Source: Deltaproteobacteria bacterium (GTDB lineage Bacteria > Myxococcota > Kuafuiibacteriia > Kuafuiibacteriales > Kuafuiibacteriaceae). From it: a stretch of 64,000 nucleotides of DNA. The position numbers and the translations under genes were made by a program. Every line of letters begins with the position of its first letter. The first letter of the stretch is position 1. Below the pieces are notes generated by a model. It was given only the letters and a program-made list of their open reading frames with translations, did not search any database and was not told the origin of the DNA. Positions 53,288-64,000 of the stretch are shown here, piece by piece. The stretch covers positions 32,001-96,000 of the forward strand of contig JAVJQW010000050.1 in NCBI GenBank assembly GCA_040218735.1. Direction: 5' to 3'.

Positions 53288-53962
53288 ATGGGACCGATCG
53301 ACGCCAAAGAACGCCAGATCTCGCTGTTCGAGCCCCTCGAGCTGCACCTGCTCCCCGAGGAGGGCCTGGCGTTCGACGAGCCCGTGGCGGAGGCCTGGCT
53401 CGACGCCCAGGTGTTCCAGGGCGACCCCAACGGCCTGAGCCTCGCGGCCGCGGGGCCGGGGCGCGCCCGCCTCACGGTGACGCCGGTGGGGGCCGTGGAG
53501 ACTCGTCCCCCCATCCACATTCGGGGGCGACTCGAGGCCCAGGCGCGGACGACCTGTGTCCGCTGCCTGGAGGACGTCACGCTCCCGTTGGAGACCGAGC
53601 TCGAGACCACGCTGATGTTCGCCCGCGCGGCGCCTGCGTCCGAAGCGACCGCCGAGCCGACCAAGAAGAAGGGCAAGAAGAAGTCGAAGAAGGAGGACGC
53701 CCTCGAAGAATGGGACGAGGCCTTCGACGACCCGTCGGCCCTCGACGACGGCGCGTACACCGCCGAGGGCGTCGACCTCGCCTCCATTCTTAGAGAGGGG
53801 CTCCTGCTCGCGCTGGAGATGAACCCCACCTGCGAGGACGAAGCGGCCTGCGACACCCGCACCGAGGCCCTCCTCGCGGAGGCCAACCGCCCCTTCGCCG
53901 AGGCCGAAGCGGCGGGCGATCCCCGCTGGGCGGCCCTCGCCGCCCTACGAAAAGAGAACTGA
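53288..53962 (+). CDS. yceD: YceD/DUF177 family protein
   Basis: CVRCL, VDLASILRE, DPRWAAL; precedes rpmF; TTGACA-N17-TAACCC at 53247. Confidence 0.88.
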   Translation: MGPIDAKERQISLFEPLELHLLPEEGLAFDEPVAEAWLDAQVFQGDPNGLSLAAAGPGRARLTVTPVGAVETRPPIHIRGRLEAQARTTCVRCLEDVTLPLETELETTLMFARAAPASEATAEPTKKKGKKKSKKEDALEEWDEAFDDPSALDDGAYTAEGVDLASILREGLLLALEMNPTCEDEAACDTRTEALLAEANRPFAEAEAAGDPRWAALAALRKEN

Positions 53963-54014
53963 CCTTCGAAACTGTTTGACAGTCGAGGCAGGAAACGAAA
54001 AAGACGTCCGCTCT

Positions 54015-54197
54015 ATGGCAGTCCCAAGGAAGCGAAAGTCCAACTCGCGTCGCAAGAACCAGCGTTCCCACGATGCCCTGAAGCGCCCCACCCTCGCGCG
54101 CTGCCCGAACTGCGACGCCCCGAGGATGCCGCACCGGATGTGCGGCAGCTGCGGGTGGTACGGCGACCGGACGGTCGTCGAGATCGACGCGGACTAG
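54015..54197 (+). CDS. rpmF: 50S ribosomal protein L32 (zinc-binding form)
   Basis: MAVPRKRKS...CPNC...PHRMCGSCGWY. Confidence 0.96.
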   Translation: MAVPRKRKSNSRRKNQRSHDALKRPTLARCPNCDAPRMPHRMCGSCGWYGDRTVVEIDAD

Positions 54198-54225
54198 AAG
54201 CTTCGCGCACCAGGGCAAGGCAAGC

Positions 54226-54417
54226 CCCTTGAACTTGAACTTGCCCTTGCCCCTGCCCTCTAATTCGGCGACCGCCGTGCGGGGGCGTAGGAGCTCATCG
54301 AGGAGCTCCGCATTAAGAATATCTTCAGTGGTACGTATTCAGCGACGCCGCCGAAGGCGCTGACGTGCCCTTTCCCTGCTCTCAGGGCAAGGGCACGGGC
54401 AAGTTCAAGTTCAAGGG
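54226..54417. repeat. Inverted hexamer-microsatellite arms around a 124-bp spacer
   Basis: CCCTTGAACTTGAACTTGCCCTTGCCCCTGCCCT (54226-54259) versus reverse complement of 54384-54417: 32/34 identical. Confidence 0.85.
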
Positions 54418-54432
54418 TCTGAGGTGGTTGCT

Positions 54433-55410
54433 CTACCACCTCACCAGCGCCGAGCCCCAAGTCATCCCCGCCCCGATCGCCATCATCGCGACCAGATCAC
54501 CTTCCTTGATGCGGCCGTCGCGCACGCCCTCGTCCAGCGTGATCGGCACCGACGCGCTCGACGTGTTGCCGTAGCGATCGATGTTCAGGATGGCCTTCTC
54601 GCGCGGGACCTTCAGGCGCTCCAGCACCGTGTCGACGATGCGGATGTTCGCCTGGTGCGGGACGACGTGGTCGATGTCCTCGGCCTTCATCCCGTTGTGG
54701 TCGAGCGCGGTGTTCACGATGTTCGTCAGCGAGCGGACCGCGACCTTGTAGACCTCGCGGCCGTTCATCTTCACGTACTGCAGGCGCTTCTCGACCATGT
54801 CGTGCGTGACGGGGTGGAGGCTGCCGCCGCCGGGGATGTTGAGGATGTCCGTGAGCGTGCCGTCCGCCGCGAGGTGCGTGGAGAGGATGCCGTGGTCCTC
54901 GCGGTCGTCCGGACCGACGAGCATCGCGCCCGCGGCGTCGCCGAAGAGAACGCAGGTGTTCCGGTCCTCCCAGTCGAGGATGCGCGTGAGCAGCTCGACG
55001 CCGATCACGAGCGCGCACTTCGCGGCGCCCGTCTTCACGAACTTGTCGGCGATCGACAGCCCGTAGAGCGACCCGGCGCACGCCGCCGACACGTCGAACG
55101 CGGGCGCGCTGGTGCCGAGCTTCGCCTGCACGAACGCCGCGCAGGACGGCATCGGCATGTCCGCCGAGATCGTCCCGACGATCAGCAGATCGACGTCCTC
55201 GGGCTTCTTGCCCGCCATCTCGAGCGCCTGGCGCGCCGCCGCCGTGGCCATGTCCGAGGTCTGCTCGTCCTCGCGCGCCACGTGGCGGGTCGAGATGCCC
55301 GTCCGCGTCTTGATCCACTCGTCGCTCGTCTCGATGCGTTGAGCGAGGTCGTCGTTGCTGACCACCTTCTCGGGCGCGTACCGGCCGGTGCCGATGATTC
55401 GGGCGTTCAT
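54433..55410 (-). CDS. fabH: 3-oxoacyl-ACP synthase III
   Basis: DVSAACAG, LFGDAAGA, PHQAN, YGNTSSAS, GAGMTWG. Confidence 0.96.
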   Translation of the reverse strand: MNARIIGTGRYAPEKVVSNDDLAQRIETSDEWIKTRTGISTRHVAREDEQTSDMATAAARQALEMAGKKPEDVDLLIVGTISADMPMPSCAAFVQAKLGTSAPAFDVSAACAGSLYGLSIADKFVKTGAAKCALVIGVELLTRILDWEDRNTCVLFGDAAGAMLVGPDDREDHGILSTHLAADGTLTDILNIPGGGSLHPVTHDMVEKRLQYVKMNGREVYKVAVRSLTNIVNTALDHNGMKAEDIDHVVPHQANIRIVDTVLERLKVPREKAILNIDRYGNTSSASVPITLDEGVRDGRIKEGDLVAMMAIGAGMTWGSALVRW

Positions 55411-55494
55411 AGAAGGGGCGCGTACCCCAAATGGCGTTCGACCGACAGCGAAAATCGTTGATGTCACGGCCCGGGGGACGTATGCGCCGCTGCC

Positions 55495-56424
55495 GTGGTC
55501 ACCTACTTGTTCCCCGGACAGGGAAGCCAATCACCCGGTATGGGCCAGGCGCTCGTCGAGGCCTACCCGAGCGCGCGCGCGGTCTTCGAGGAGGCCGACG
55601 ACGCCCTCGGCTTCGCCCTCTCCAAGGTTTGCTTCGAAGGCACCGAGGACGAGCTGAAGCGCACCGAGATCACCCAGCCCGCGATCCTCACCACGAGCAT
55701 CGCCGCCCTGCGCGCCATCGAAGCGGAGCGCCCCGAGCTGAAGTGCACGTTCGCCGCGGGCCACAGCCTCGGTGAGTGGTCCGCGCTCGTCGCCGTCGGC
55801 GCCCTCGCCTTCGAGGACGCGGTTCGCCTCGTGCGCGAGCGCGGCCGCCTCATGCAGGAGGCCGTGCCGGAGGGTGAAGGCGCGATGGCCGCGATCATCG
55901 GCGTCGACAGTGACGCGATCGTGACGATCGTCGACGGCATCGATGGCGCCACCGCCGCCAACTTCAACAGCTCCGAGCAGACCGTCATCTCGGGGACGGT
56001 CGCCGGCGTCGAAGCGGCCGAGGCCGCGATCGGCACGAAGCACGAAGGTGCGCGCGTCGTTCGTCTGCCGGTCAGCGCGCCGTTCCACTCGCCGCTGATG
56101 AAGCCGGCCGCCGACGGCCTCGCCGCCGCGATGGAGACGACCACCGTCCACGCGATGTCCGCGCCGGTGGTGACCAACGTCGAAGCCTCGCCCAACGAGG
56201 ATCCGTCGCGCGTGAAGTCGCTCCTCGTCGAGCAGGTGGTCGCGCCCGTGCGTTGGGTCGAGATCGTCCAGCACCTCGTCGGCGCGGGTCAGACGACCGC
56301 GTTGGAGATCGGCCCCGGCAAGGTGCTGATGGGGTTGGCGCGTCGCATCGATCGCAAGCTCGGCGTGAAGCCGATCTCCGATCCCGCTTCGCTCACGAAG
56401 GCGTTGTCGAGCCTCGACGGATGA
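55495..56424 (+). CDS. fabD: Malonyl-CoA-ACP transacylase
   Basis: FPGQGSQ, GHSLGE, VSAPFHS, EIGPGKVL. Confidence 0.96.
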   Translation: MVTYLFPGQGSQSPGMGQALVEAYPSARAVFEEADDALGFALSKVCFEGTEDELKRTEITQPAILTTSIAALRAIEAERPELKCTFAAGHSLGEWSALVAVGALAFEDAVRLVRERGRLMQEAVPEGEGAMAAIIGVDSDAIVTIVDGIDGATAANFNSSEQTVISGTVAGVEAAEAAIGTKHEGARVVRLPVSAPFHSPLMKPAADGLAAAMETTTVHAMSAPVVTNVEASPNEDPSRVKSLLVEQVVAPVRWVEIVQHLVGAGQTTALEIGPGKVLMGLARRIDRKLGVKPISDPASLTKALSSLDG

Positions 56425-56954
56425 CCGCTTCGCACACCGGCGAAGCCGCGGCGGAGGTGCTCTCGGAGTTCCTCGAGCGGCAGCGCCTCGCGTTCAGCGT
56501 CGTCGAGGATCCGAAGAATCCACACGCACCGATCACCGTCATCGAGAACTTCTCGAAGAAGTCGATGACGTTCTCGTACGGACAGGTCGACTGGGTCCAG
56601 GAGGCCCGCAGCCCGCAGACGCAGACGCGCTACCTCCGCGTGTCCCTCGACGACGGTCGCTCGTTCGCGCTCGCGGGGATCGGCATCGTGTTCGCGCCGT
56701 CGTTCGTCGCGACGGGACCGCTCGCGGAGTGTCCGCCGACCGCGTCGTTCCGCGACTTCGAGAAGCTCTACCGCCACGTCTCGCACGTCGTCGATGAACA
56801 CCACGAAGGCCACGAGCTCGAAGCGCTTCAGGTCTTCATGGTCCTGCTCGCGTTCCTCGACGGAGCCCGGGCGATCGGCCTCGACGTCGGCGAGGAGGAG
56901 CGGCGCATGGAGCCGATCCTCGAGAAGCTGGAAGCAGCCGGCGTTTCGGTTTGA
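56421..56954 (+). CDS. Hypothetical protein coupled to fabD
   Basis: ATGA overlap with the fabD stop; host-like codons. Confidence 0.7.
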   Translation: MTASHTGEAAAEVLSEFLERQRLAFSVVEDPKNPHAPITVIENFSKKSMTFSYGQVDWVQEARSPQTQTRYLRVSLDDGRSFALAGIGIVFAPSFVATGPLAECPPTASFRDFEKLYRHVSHVVDEHHEGHELEALQVFMVLLAFLDGARAIGLDVGEEERRMEPILEKLEAAGVSV

Positions 56955-56988
56955 CGGTCGCGCCGCGGGCGGCTTATCGGTCCGCCCG

Positions 56989-57738
56989 ATGGACCTCGGG
57001 CTCAAGGACAAGATTGCACTCGTGACGGGCGGCTCCCGCGGCATCGGCCGCGCGATCGCCGAAGGCCTCGCGCGCGAAGGCGCGAAGGTCTGCCTCACGT
57101 ACACCTCGAACGAGGCCGCGGCGCAGGAGACGATCGCAGCGATCGAAGCCGCCGGCGGACAGGCCACCGCGAAGAAGTTCGACGTCGGCGACGCCGCCGC
57201 CGCGAAGGCCGCGGTCGACGAGCTCGTGAAGGCCGAGGGCGCGTTGCACATCCTCGTGAACAACGCGGGTGTCAGCGTCGACGGGCTCCTGATGCGCTAC
57301 AAGGACGAAGACCTCGCGCGCATCTTCCAGACGAACGTGTTCGGCTCGTTCTACCTCGCGCGCGCCGCGGCGCGTCCGATGATGAAGGCGCGCTGGGGTC
57401 GCATCATCATGCTCGGCTCGGTGGTCGGTGAGACCGGCAACGTCGGGCAGACCGCGTACGCTTCGACCAAGGCCGCGCTGGACGGGATGGCGAAGTCGCT
57501 CGCGCGCGAGCTCGCGTCGCGCAACATCACCGCGAACGTCGTCGCCCCCGGGTACATCGGTACCGACATGACCGCGGACATCAGCGACGAGATGAAGGAG
57601 ATGATGCTCAAGTCCATCCCCGCCGGAGCGATGGGCAAGCCGGAGGACATCGCCGACACCGTCGCGTTCCTCTGCTCGGATCGCGCGGGCTACGTCACGG
57701 GTCAGGTCGTCAACGTCAACGGCGGCATGTACATGTAG
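56989..57738 (+). CDS. fabG: 3-oxoacyl-ACP reductase
   Basis: TGGSRGIG, NNAG, YASTK, VNGGMYM. Confidence 0.93.
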   Translation: MDLGLKDKIALVTGGSRGIGRAIAEGLAREGAKVCLTYTSNEAAAQETIAAIEAAGGQATAKKFDVGDAAAAKAAVDELVKAEGALHILVNNAGVSVDGLLMRYKDEDLARIFQTNVFGSFYLARAAARPMMKARWGRIIMLGSVVGETGNVGQTAYASTKAALDGMAKSLARELASRNITANVVAPGYIGTDMTADISDEMKEMMLKSIPAGAMGKPEDIADTVAFLCSDRAGYVTGQVVNVNGGMYM

Positions 57739-57740
57739 CG

Positions 57741-58550
57741 ATGATCGAGTGGGCTCTGCTCGGCGCCGCCGCGCTCGGCGCGGGCGGCTACGCGCTGCGC
57801 GTGGTGCAGCGCGGACGCGTCCACAGGCGCTGGGCGAAGATCCTCGACGACGTCGCCCACGATCTCGGCGCGCGCGCCTCGGCGGGTTCGCGCTTCGACA
57901 GCCCGCAGCTCCGCACCGAGATCGACGGCACGACGGTGACCATCGTCGTGAACGGCATCGACCGCGGCGTGCGCGATCGCCGCGGCGTCGCCACCGCGAC
58001 GCTCCCCGACATCGCGAACACCGTGCGCTTCTACTTCGGCTGGGACGTCGCGAAGATCCCGGTCGCCGTCGAACACGTCGCCGAGGTCCCCTACCCGCCC
58101 ATCCAACGCGTCGACGGCGACGTGAAGATCCGCGCCGACGACGCCGCGATGGCGACGCGCTTCATGCGCGAAGCCATCCTCGATCTCATCGACGTTCGCG
58201 GCGCCGCCTCCGCCCACGCGCTCGAAGTCATCGCGAAGGGCGGCTACCTCGAGCTCGTCGTCCACGGCGTGACCGAACAACCCGCCGTGCTCACCCGCGC
58301 GGCGCGCGCGTGCGCGCGGCTCGCGACCATCGTCGACACGATCAGCCGCGGCACCACCCTCCCCGCGCCCGAACCCGAGGCGCCGACGCTCGACGACGAC
58401 GCGACGTGCGCGCTCTGCGACGCGACGCGCGCCGAAGACGAAGCGTGGGTCGTGTGCGCCGGCTGCGAAGCGCCGTACCACGCCGCGTGTTTCGCGCAGG
58501 CGACCGCGTGCGTGCGGTGCGGCGACACGAAGTCCCGCGAAGCGCGCTGA
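57741..58550 (+). CDS. Membrane-anchored protein with C-terminal C4HC3 (RING/PHD-like) finger
   Basis: N-terminal TM; CALC...CAGC...HAAC...CVRC. Confidence 0.75.
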   Translation: MIEWALLGAAALGAGGYALRVVQRGRVHRRWAKILDDVAHDLGARASAGSRFDSPQLRTEIDGTTVTIVVNGIDRGVRDRRGVATATLPDIANTVRFYFGWDVAKIPVAVEHVAEVPYPPIQRVDGDVKIRADDAAMATRFMREAILDLIDVRGAASAHALEVIAKGGYLELVVHGVTEQPAVLTRAARACARLATIVDTISRGTTLPAPEPEAPTLDDDATCALCDATRAEDEAWVVCAGCEAPYHAACFAQATACVRCGDTKSREAR

Positions 58551-58656
58551 GGCGCCGGCACCGCATCCGCCGAACCGCCGAGGCGCCCGCGCCTCGACTC
58601 GGAGTCCACGGTGCGCGCCACTCGCACCCACTCCGGATTGTGCATAGTGGCGCTCA

Positions 58657-59709
58657 ATGCTTCGCCGATTCACCCCCGCGCTGCTGCTCCTCGCAACCGC
58701 GTGCGGCGACACCATCGTCTATCAGCTCCCGCCGGACCACGACGCGGGACCGCCGCCGACCGGCACGAAGCTCGACGCGGGTGTGCCGCGCCCGCACGAC
58801 GCCGGAACCGTCGTGCGCGACGGCGGACCGCTCGCGGCGCACGACGCCGGTACCGCGGACGCTGGCGTTCGCGACGCCGGCTTCCGCGACGGCGGGGTAC
58901 CGACGCCGGCCGAGTGTTACACGGAGCCATTCGATCCGACGATCGACCTGTCGGACCTCCGCGGCACGTACCGGTCCGACGCGCTCGGCGCGATCATGGC
59001 CGCGTTGGAGCGGCGCTACCCGGCGGGGCGTGACCTGCTCTGGGAGGAACGCGACGATCCGTACACCGGCTCGTTCATCGATCGCTCGTCGTTCGGGAGC
59101 ACGATGGAGTCGTCCATGACGGAGGTGCACGAAGCGACGCACGGCTGGGACTACAGCCACTCGCTGTTCTACCAACACTTCGACTACTACCTGCGCGGCG
59201 ACCTGAAACACTCGCTGTCGTTCGACGTCGACGGCTTCCCGCGCTCCGAGATCCACGGGATGCTCGAAGACAACTCGACCTCGCTCTACTCCGGCCTCTA
59301 CCTCACCGGCGAGCAAGGCACGCGCGGGTTCCTCGAGCTGCTCGACGAGACCAACTGTTACATCAACGGCCTCGGCGCGATCGCCGCGATCGCCGACGAG
59401 GTGCCGTACGGCATCAGCGGTCGCGACGGCGCGGTCGCGTTTCTCTACTACGTGCAACTCTACTTGCGCCGCGCGCGGACGCAGTACCCGGCGCTGTACC
59501 AAACGATGCGGAACGACGCGGCGCTGAAGGACCACATCCAGACGCAGTGGCTGCGCACCCACTTCTTCCTGCTCCACGCCGACCTCGAGCCGCACGTCGG
59601 CATCCGCGACGACGAGATCCGGGCCAACCTCTACGCACCGCACAACGTCGCGGAGATCGAGATGCTGATCGGACGCTGCGTCGACGACACCAATTGTCTT
59701 TGTGACTGA
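58657..59709 (+). CDS. Lipoprotein, putative zinc metalloprotease
   Basis: Lipobox ATAC; DAG linker; HEATH followed by ELLDE. Confidence 0.75.
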   Translation: MLRRFTPALLLLATACGDTIVYQLPPDHDAGPPPTGTKLDAGVPRPHDAGTVVRDGGPLAAHDAGTADAGVRDAGFRDGGVPTPAECYTEPFDPTIDLSDLRGTYRSDALGAIMAALERRYPAGRDLLWEERDDPYTGSFIDRSSFGSTMESSMTEVHEATHGWDYSHSLFYQHFDYYLRGDLKHSLSFDVDGFPRSEIHGMLEDNSTSLYSGLYLTGEQGTRGFLELLDETNCYINGLGAIAAIADEVPYGISGRDGAVAFLYYVQLYLRRARTQYPALYQTMRNDAALKDHIQTQWLRTHFFLLHADLEPHVGIRDDEIRANLYAPHNVAEIEMLIGRCVDDTNCLCD

Positions 59710-59735
59710 ACCGCCCGAGCCGCGGCGGGGTCCAC

Positions 59736-60413
59736 TCAATAGATCGCGAGCACGACCGCTGCGATCCCCGCGACCGCCGCCGCGCCGAACGACACGTTAG
59801 CGATCACGCCGTGGCTTTGCGCGCGCGACTCGAGGTCCGCGAGCTCGCGCCCTGACTTCGGCGCGGTCGCCGCCGCCGAACGCGCGCCGCGGCTGCTGAG
59901 ACCGAACCCCACCCCCACGACGGCGGCTGCGACACCGACCCCCGCGACGACCCACGGCGCGAGTGTCGAGGGCGGTGCGTCGGGCGTCGTGCTCACGAGC
60001 GCGGGCGGTGGTGGCGCCGCCTTGGGCGGCGCAGGCAGATCGGGGAACAACTCCGCCGCGAGCTGCGACCAGGTCGTGCGCCACGACGACGCGTTGCGCG
60101 ACACGTCGATGGTCTTCGTTTCGGTCTCGCCGTCGGGCGCCACATGCTCGACCAAGACCCGCACCCGCGACGGCACGGCGAGGACCCGCAGGAGCACGAC
60201 GTGTTTCATTCCCGTTCGGCGACGGACGGCGGCCACGCAGTCCGCCTCACAAGCGCCCTGATCGGCGACCGCGCTGCCGGTGCGCACGTCGAGCGCCTCG
60301 ACGATACCGTTCAGCACGGCCTCGGCCTCGTTAGCGGAGATCGCCCGAGCGTCCTGTACCGCGACGCCGACGCTCGCGACCGCCCCGAGCATCAACACCA
60401 GCCCCGCCGACAC
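59736..60413 (-). CDS. Exported/membrane hypothetical protein
   Basis: GTG 60413; signal-like start, CEADC, Pro-rich linker, two C-terminal hydrophobic helices. Confidence 0.65.
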   Translation of the reverse strand: MSAGLVLMLGAVASVGVAVQDARAISANEAEAVLNGIVEALDVRTGSAVADQGACEADCVAAVRRRTGMKHVVLLRVLAVPSRVRVLVEHVAPDGETETKTIDVSRNASSWRTTWSQLAAELFPDLPAPPKAAPPPPALVSTTPDAPPSTLAPWVVAGVGVAAAVVGVGFGLSSRGARSAAATAPKSGRELADLESRAQSHGVIANVSFGAAAVAGIAAVVLAIY

Positions 60414-60473
60414 CCCGCGGAGCGTATCAGACTCGCGTCGAGCCGGCGCGACCGATACGCTCGGCGTGCGGCG

Positions 60474-62783
<2,310 letters not shown>

Positions 62784-62853
62784 CAGGGAAAGCCGCCGCG
62801 GTCCGGAAGTTCATCTTCGCGCAGGAGCGTAGTAGCTTTCGAGCCACCACCGG

Positions 62854-63621
62854 ATGCCCCTCCGCGGCCCCATCCAGGACTTCGGTCTCGCCGACGTCCT
62901 GCAGCTGATCGCCAAAGCCCATCGCTCCGGGTACATCCGCCTGACCAACGACATCGACGAGGTCACGGTCACCGTCAAAGAGGGCCGCGTCCTCGACGTC
63001 GTGGACGAGGGCCGACCGGGCAACGCGAAGCTCGGTAACCGACTGGTTCGGGCGGGCCTGCTGACCAACGCCGAGCTCGGACAGGCGCTCAAGCGCCGCG
63101 TCGAGACCAACGCGCCGATCGCCCACATCCTCGAAGAGCTGCGGCTCGCGACGCGGGAGTCGATCGTCCAGTACGCCACGATGGAGGCGACGGACGCGCT
63201 GTTCGACATCTTCACCTGGGAGCGCGGGACCTACGAGTTCGAGGAGACGGCGGTCGCCGACCCCGACACCGCGATCGAGCCCATCCCCGCGGACGCCCTC
63301 CTCATGCAGGGCATCGTGCTCGTCGACGAGTGGCCGACGATCAAGGAACGCATCCCGAGCGAACGTTGGCGCGTCGCTCGCCGCTTCGACCTACCGCCCG
63401 AACCCGAGCCGGAAGAGCTCCCGATGTTCGGCCTCGCGGACTCTCCCGAGAACCCGACGCAGCTCGAGGTCGGTCCGAACGAACGGGTCGTCCACGAGCT
63501 CTGCGCCCCCGGCCACGCCGTCCGCACCATCGCGGACCGCGCGCCGTTCCACCGGTTCGAGACGTTCCGGTGCCTGAGCCACCTGATCGGCTTCCTCTAC
63601 ATCGAGCTCGTCGCGCCCTGA
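62854..63621 (+). CDS. DUF4388 domain protein with degenerate MshEN-like motif
   Basis: LRGPIQDFGLADVLQLI...SG; KLGNRLVRAGLLT; FTWERGTYEF. Confidence 0.85.
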   Translation: MPLRGPIQDFGLADVLQLIAKAHRSGYIRLTNDIDEVTVTVKEGRVLDVVDEGRPGNAKLGNRLVRAGLLTNAELGQALKRRVETNAPIAHILEELRLATRESIVQYATMEATDALFDIFTWERGTYEFEETAVADPDTAIEPIPADALLMQGIVLVDEWPTIKERIPSERWRVARRFDLPPEPEPEELPMFGLADSPENPTQLEVGPNERVVHELCAPGHAVRTIADRAPFHRFETFRCLSHLIGFLYIELVAP

Positions 63622-64000
63622 GGCTCGTCGATCGGCGGCACCAGCGCGACGGCGTCGAGGAGCGTCTGCGCGGTCGCGTCCTTCTTCGTCGCGTTCTCGG
63701 AGAGGTGCCGCTTGAACGCACGCGCGCCCCGCTGCCCGACGAACAACCCCAGCATGTGCCGCGTGACGGAGTGCAGCCGCGTGCCCTCGGCGATCTGGCG
63801 CTCGACGTACGGGACCATCCGCTCCACGACTTCGTGTCGCGAGAGCACCGGCGTCTTCGCGCCGTAGTAGCGACGATCCACTGAAGCGAACAGGTACGGG
63901 TTGTCGTAGGCCGCGCGCCCGATCATCACGGCGTCGACGTGCGCGAGGTGCACGTCGACCTCGTCGAGGGTCGTGATGCCCCCGTTGATCTCGATCGTCA
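63597..64000 (-). CDS. dusA: tRNA-dihydrouridine synthase A, C-terminal part (partial)
   Basis: EINGGITT, VMIGRAAYDNP, TRHMLGLF...GARAFKRHLSE. Confidence 0.88.
   Translation of the reverse strand, partial: TIEINGGITTLDEVDVHLAHVDAVMIGRAAYDNPYLFASVDRRYYGAKTPVLSRHEVVERMVPYVERQIAEGTRLHSVTRHMLGLFVGQRGARAFKRHLSENATKKDATAQTLLDAVALVPPIDEPQGATSSM

Overview
Very GC-rich bacterial chromosomal DNA, most likely Myxococcota or a close deltaproteobacterial relative. This is inferred from MYXO-CTERM sorting tails, Hanks-type Ser/Thr kinases, DUF4388, zinc-ribbon/GYF/TPR proteins and many Cys-rich lipoproteins. The backbone is housekeeping genes (rsmD end, aminotransferase, pyk, mazG, murJ, rpsT, purD, purH, nuoM, atpDC, rplU-rpmA-obgE, yceD-rpmF, fabH/fabD/fabG, dusA end), with several operons broken up and interleaved with lineage-specific secreted proteins. 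I saw no rRNA, tRNA, CRISPR array, integrase or transposase. Best leads: (1) a WYL regulator and a sensor-less bEBP with a non-canonical loop, each preceded by a related operator-like motif; (2) three sigma28-like promoters in front of orphan genes, including an effector-like Cys/His hydrolase with an internal signal peptide and a 68-aa amphipathic peptide; (3) two intergenic elements made of inverted microsatellite arms around coding-like fragments, plus an Rpn/Uma2-type C-terminal relic not in the ORF track; (4) an 11-heme lipoprotein cytochrome next to a degenerate TupA-like binding protein; (5) a MerR-like/histone-tail protein paired with a stand-alone sigma-region-4 protein. All family assignments were made by eye from motifs; no database search was run.
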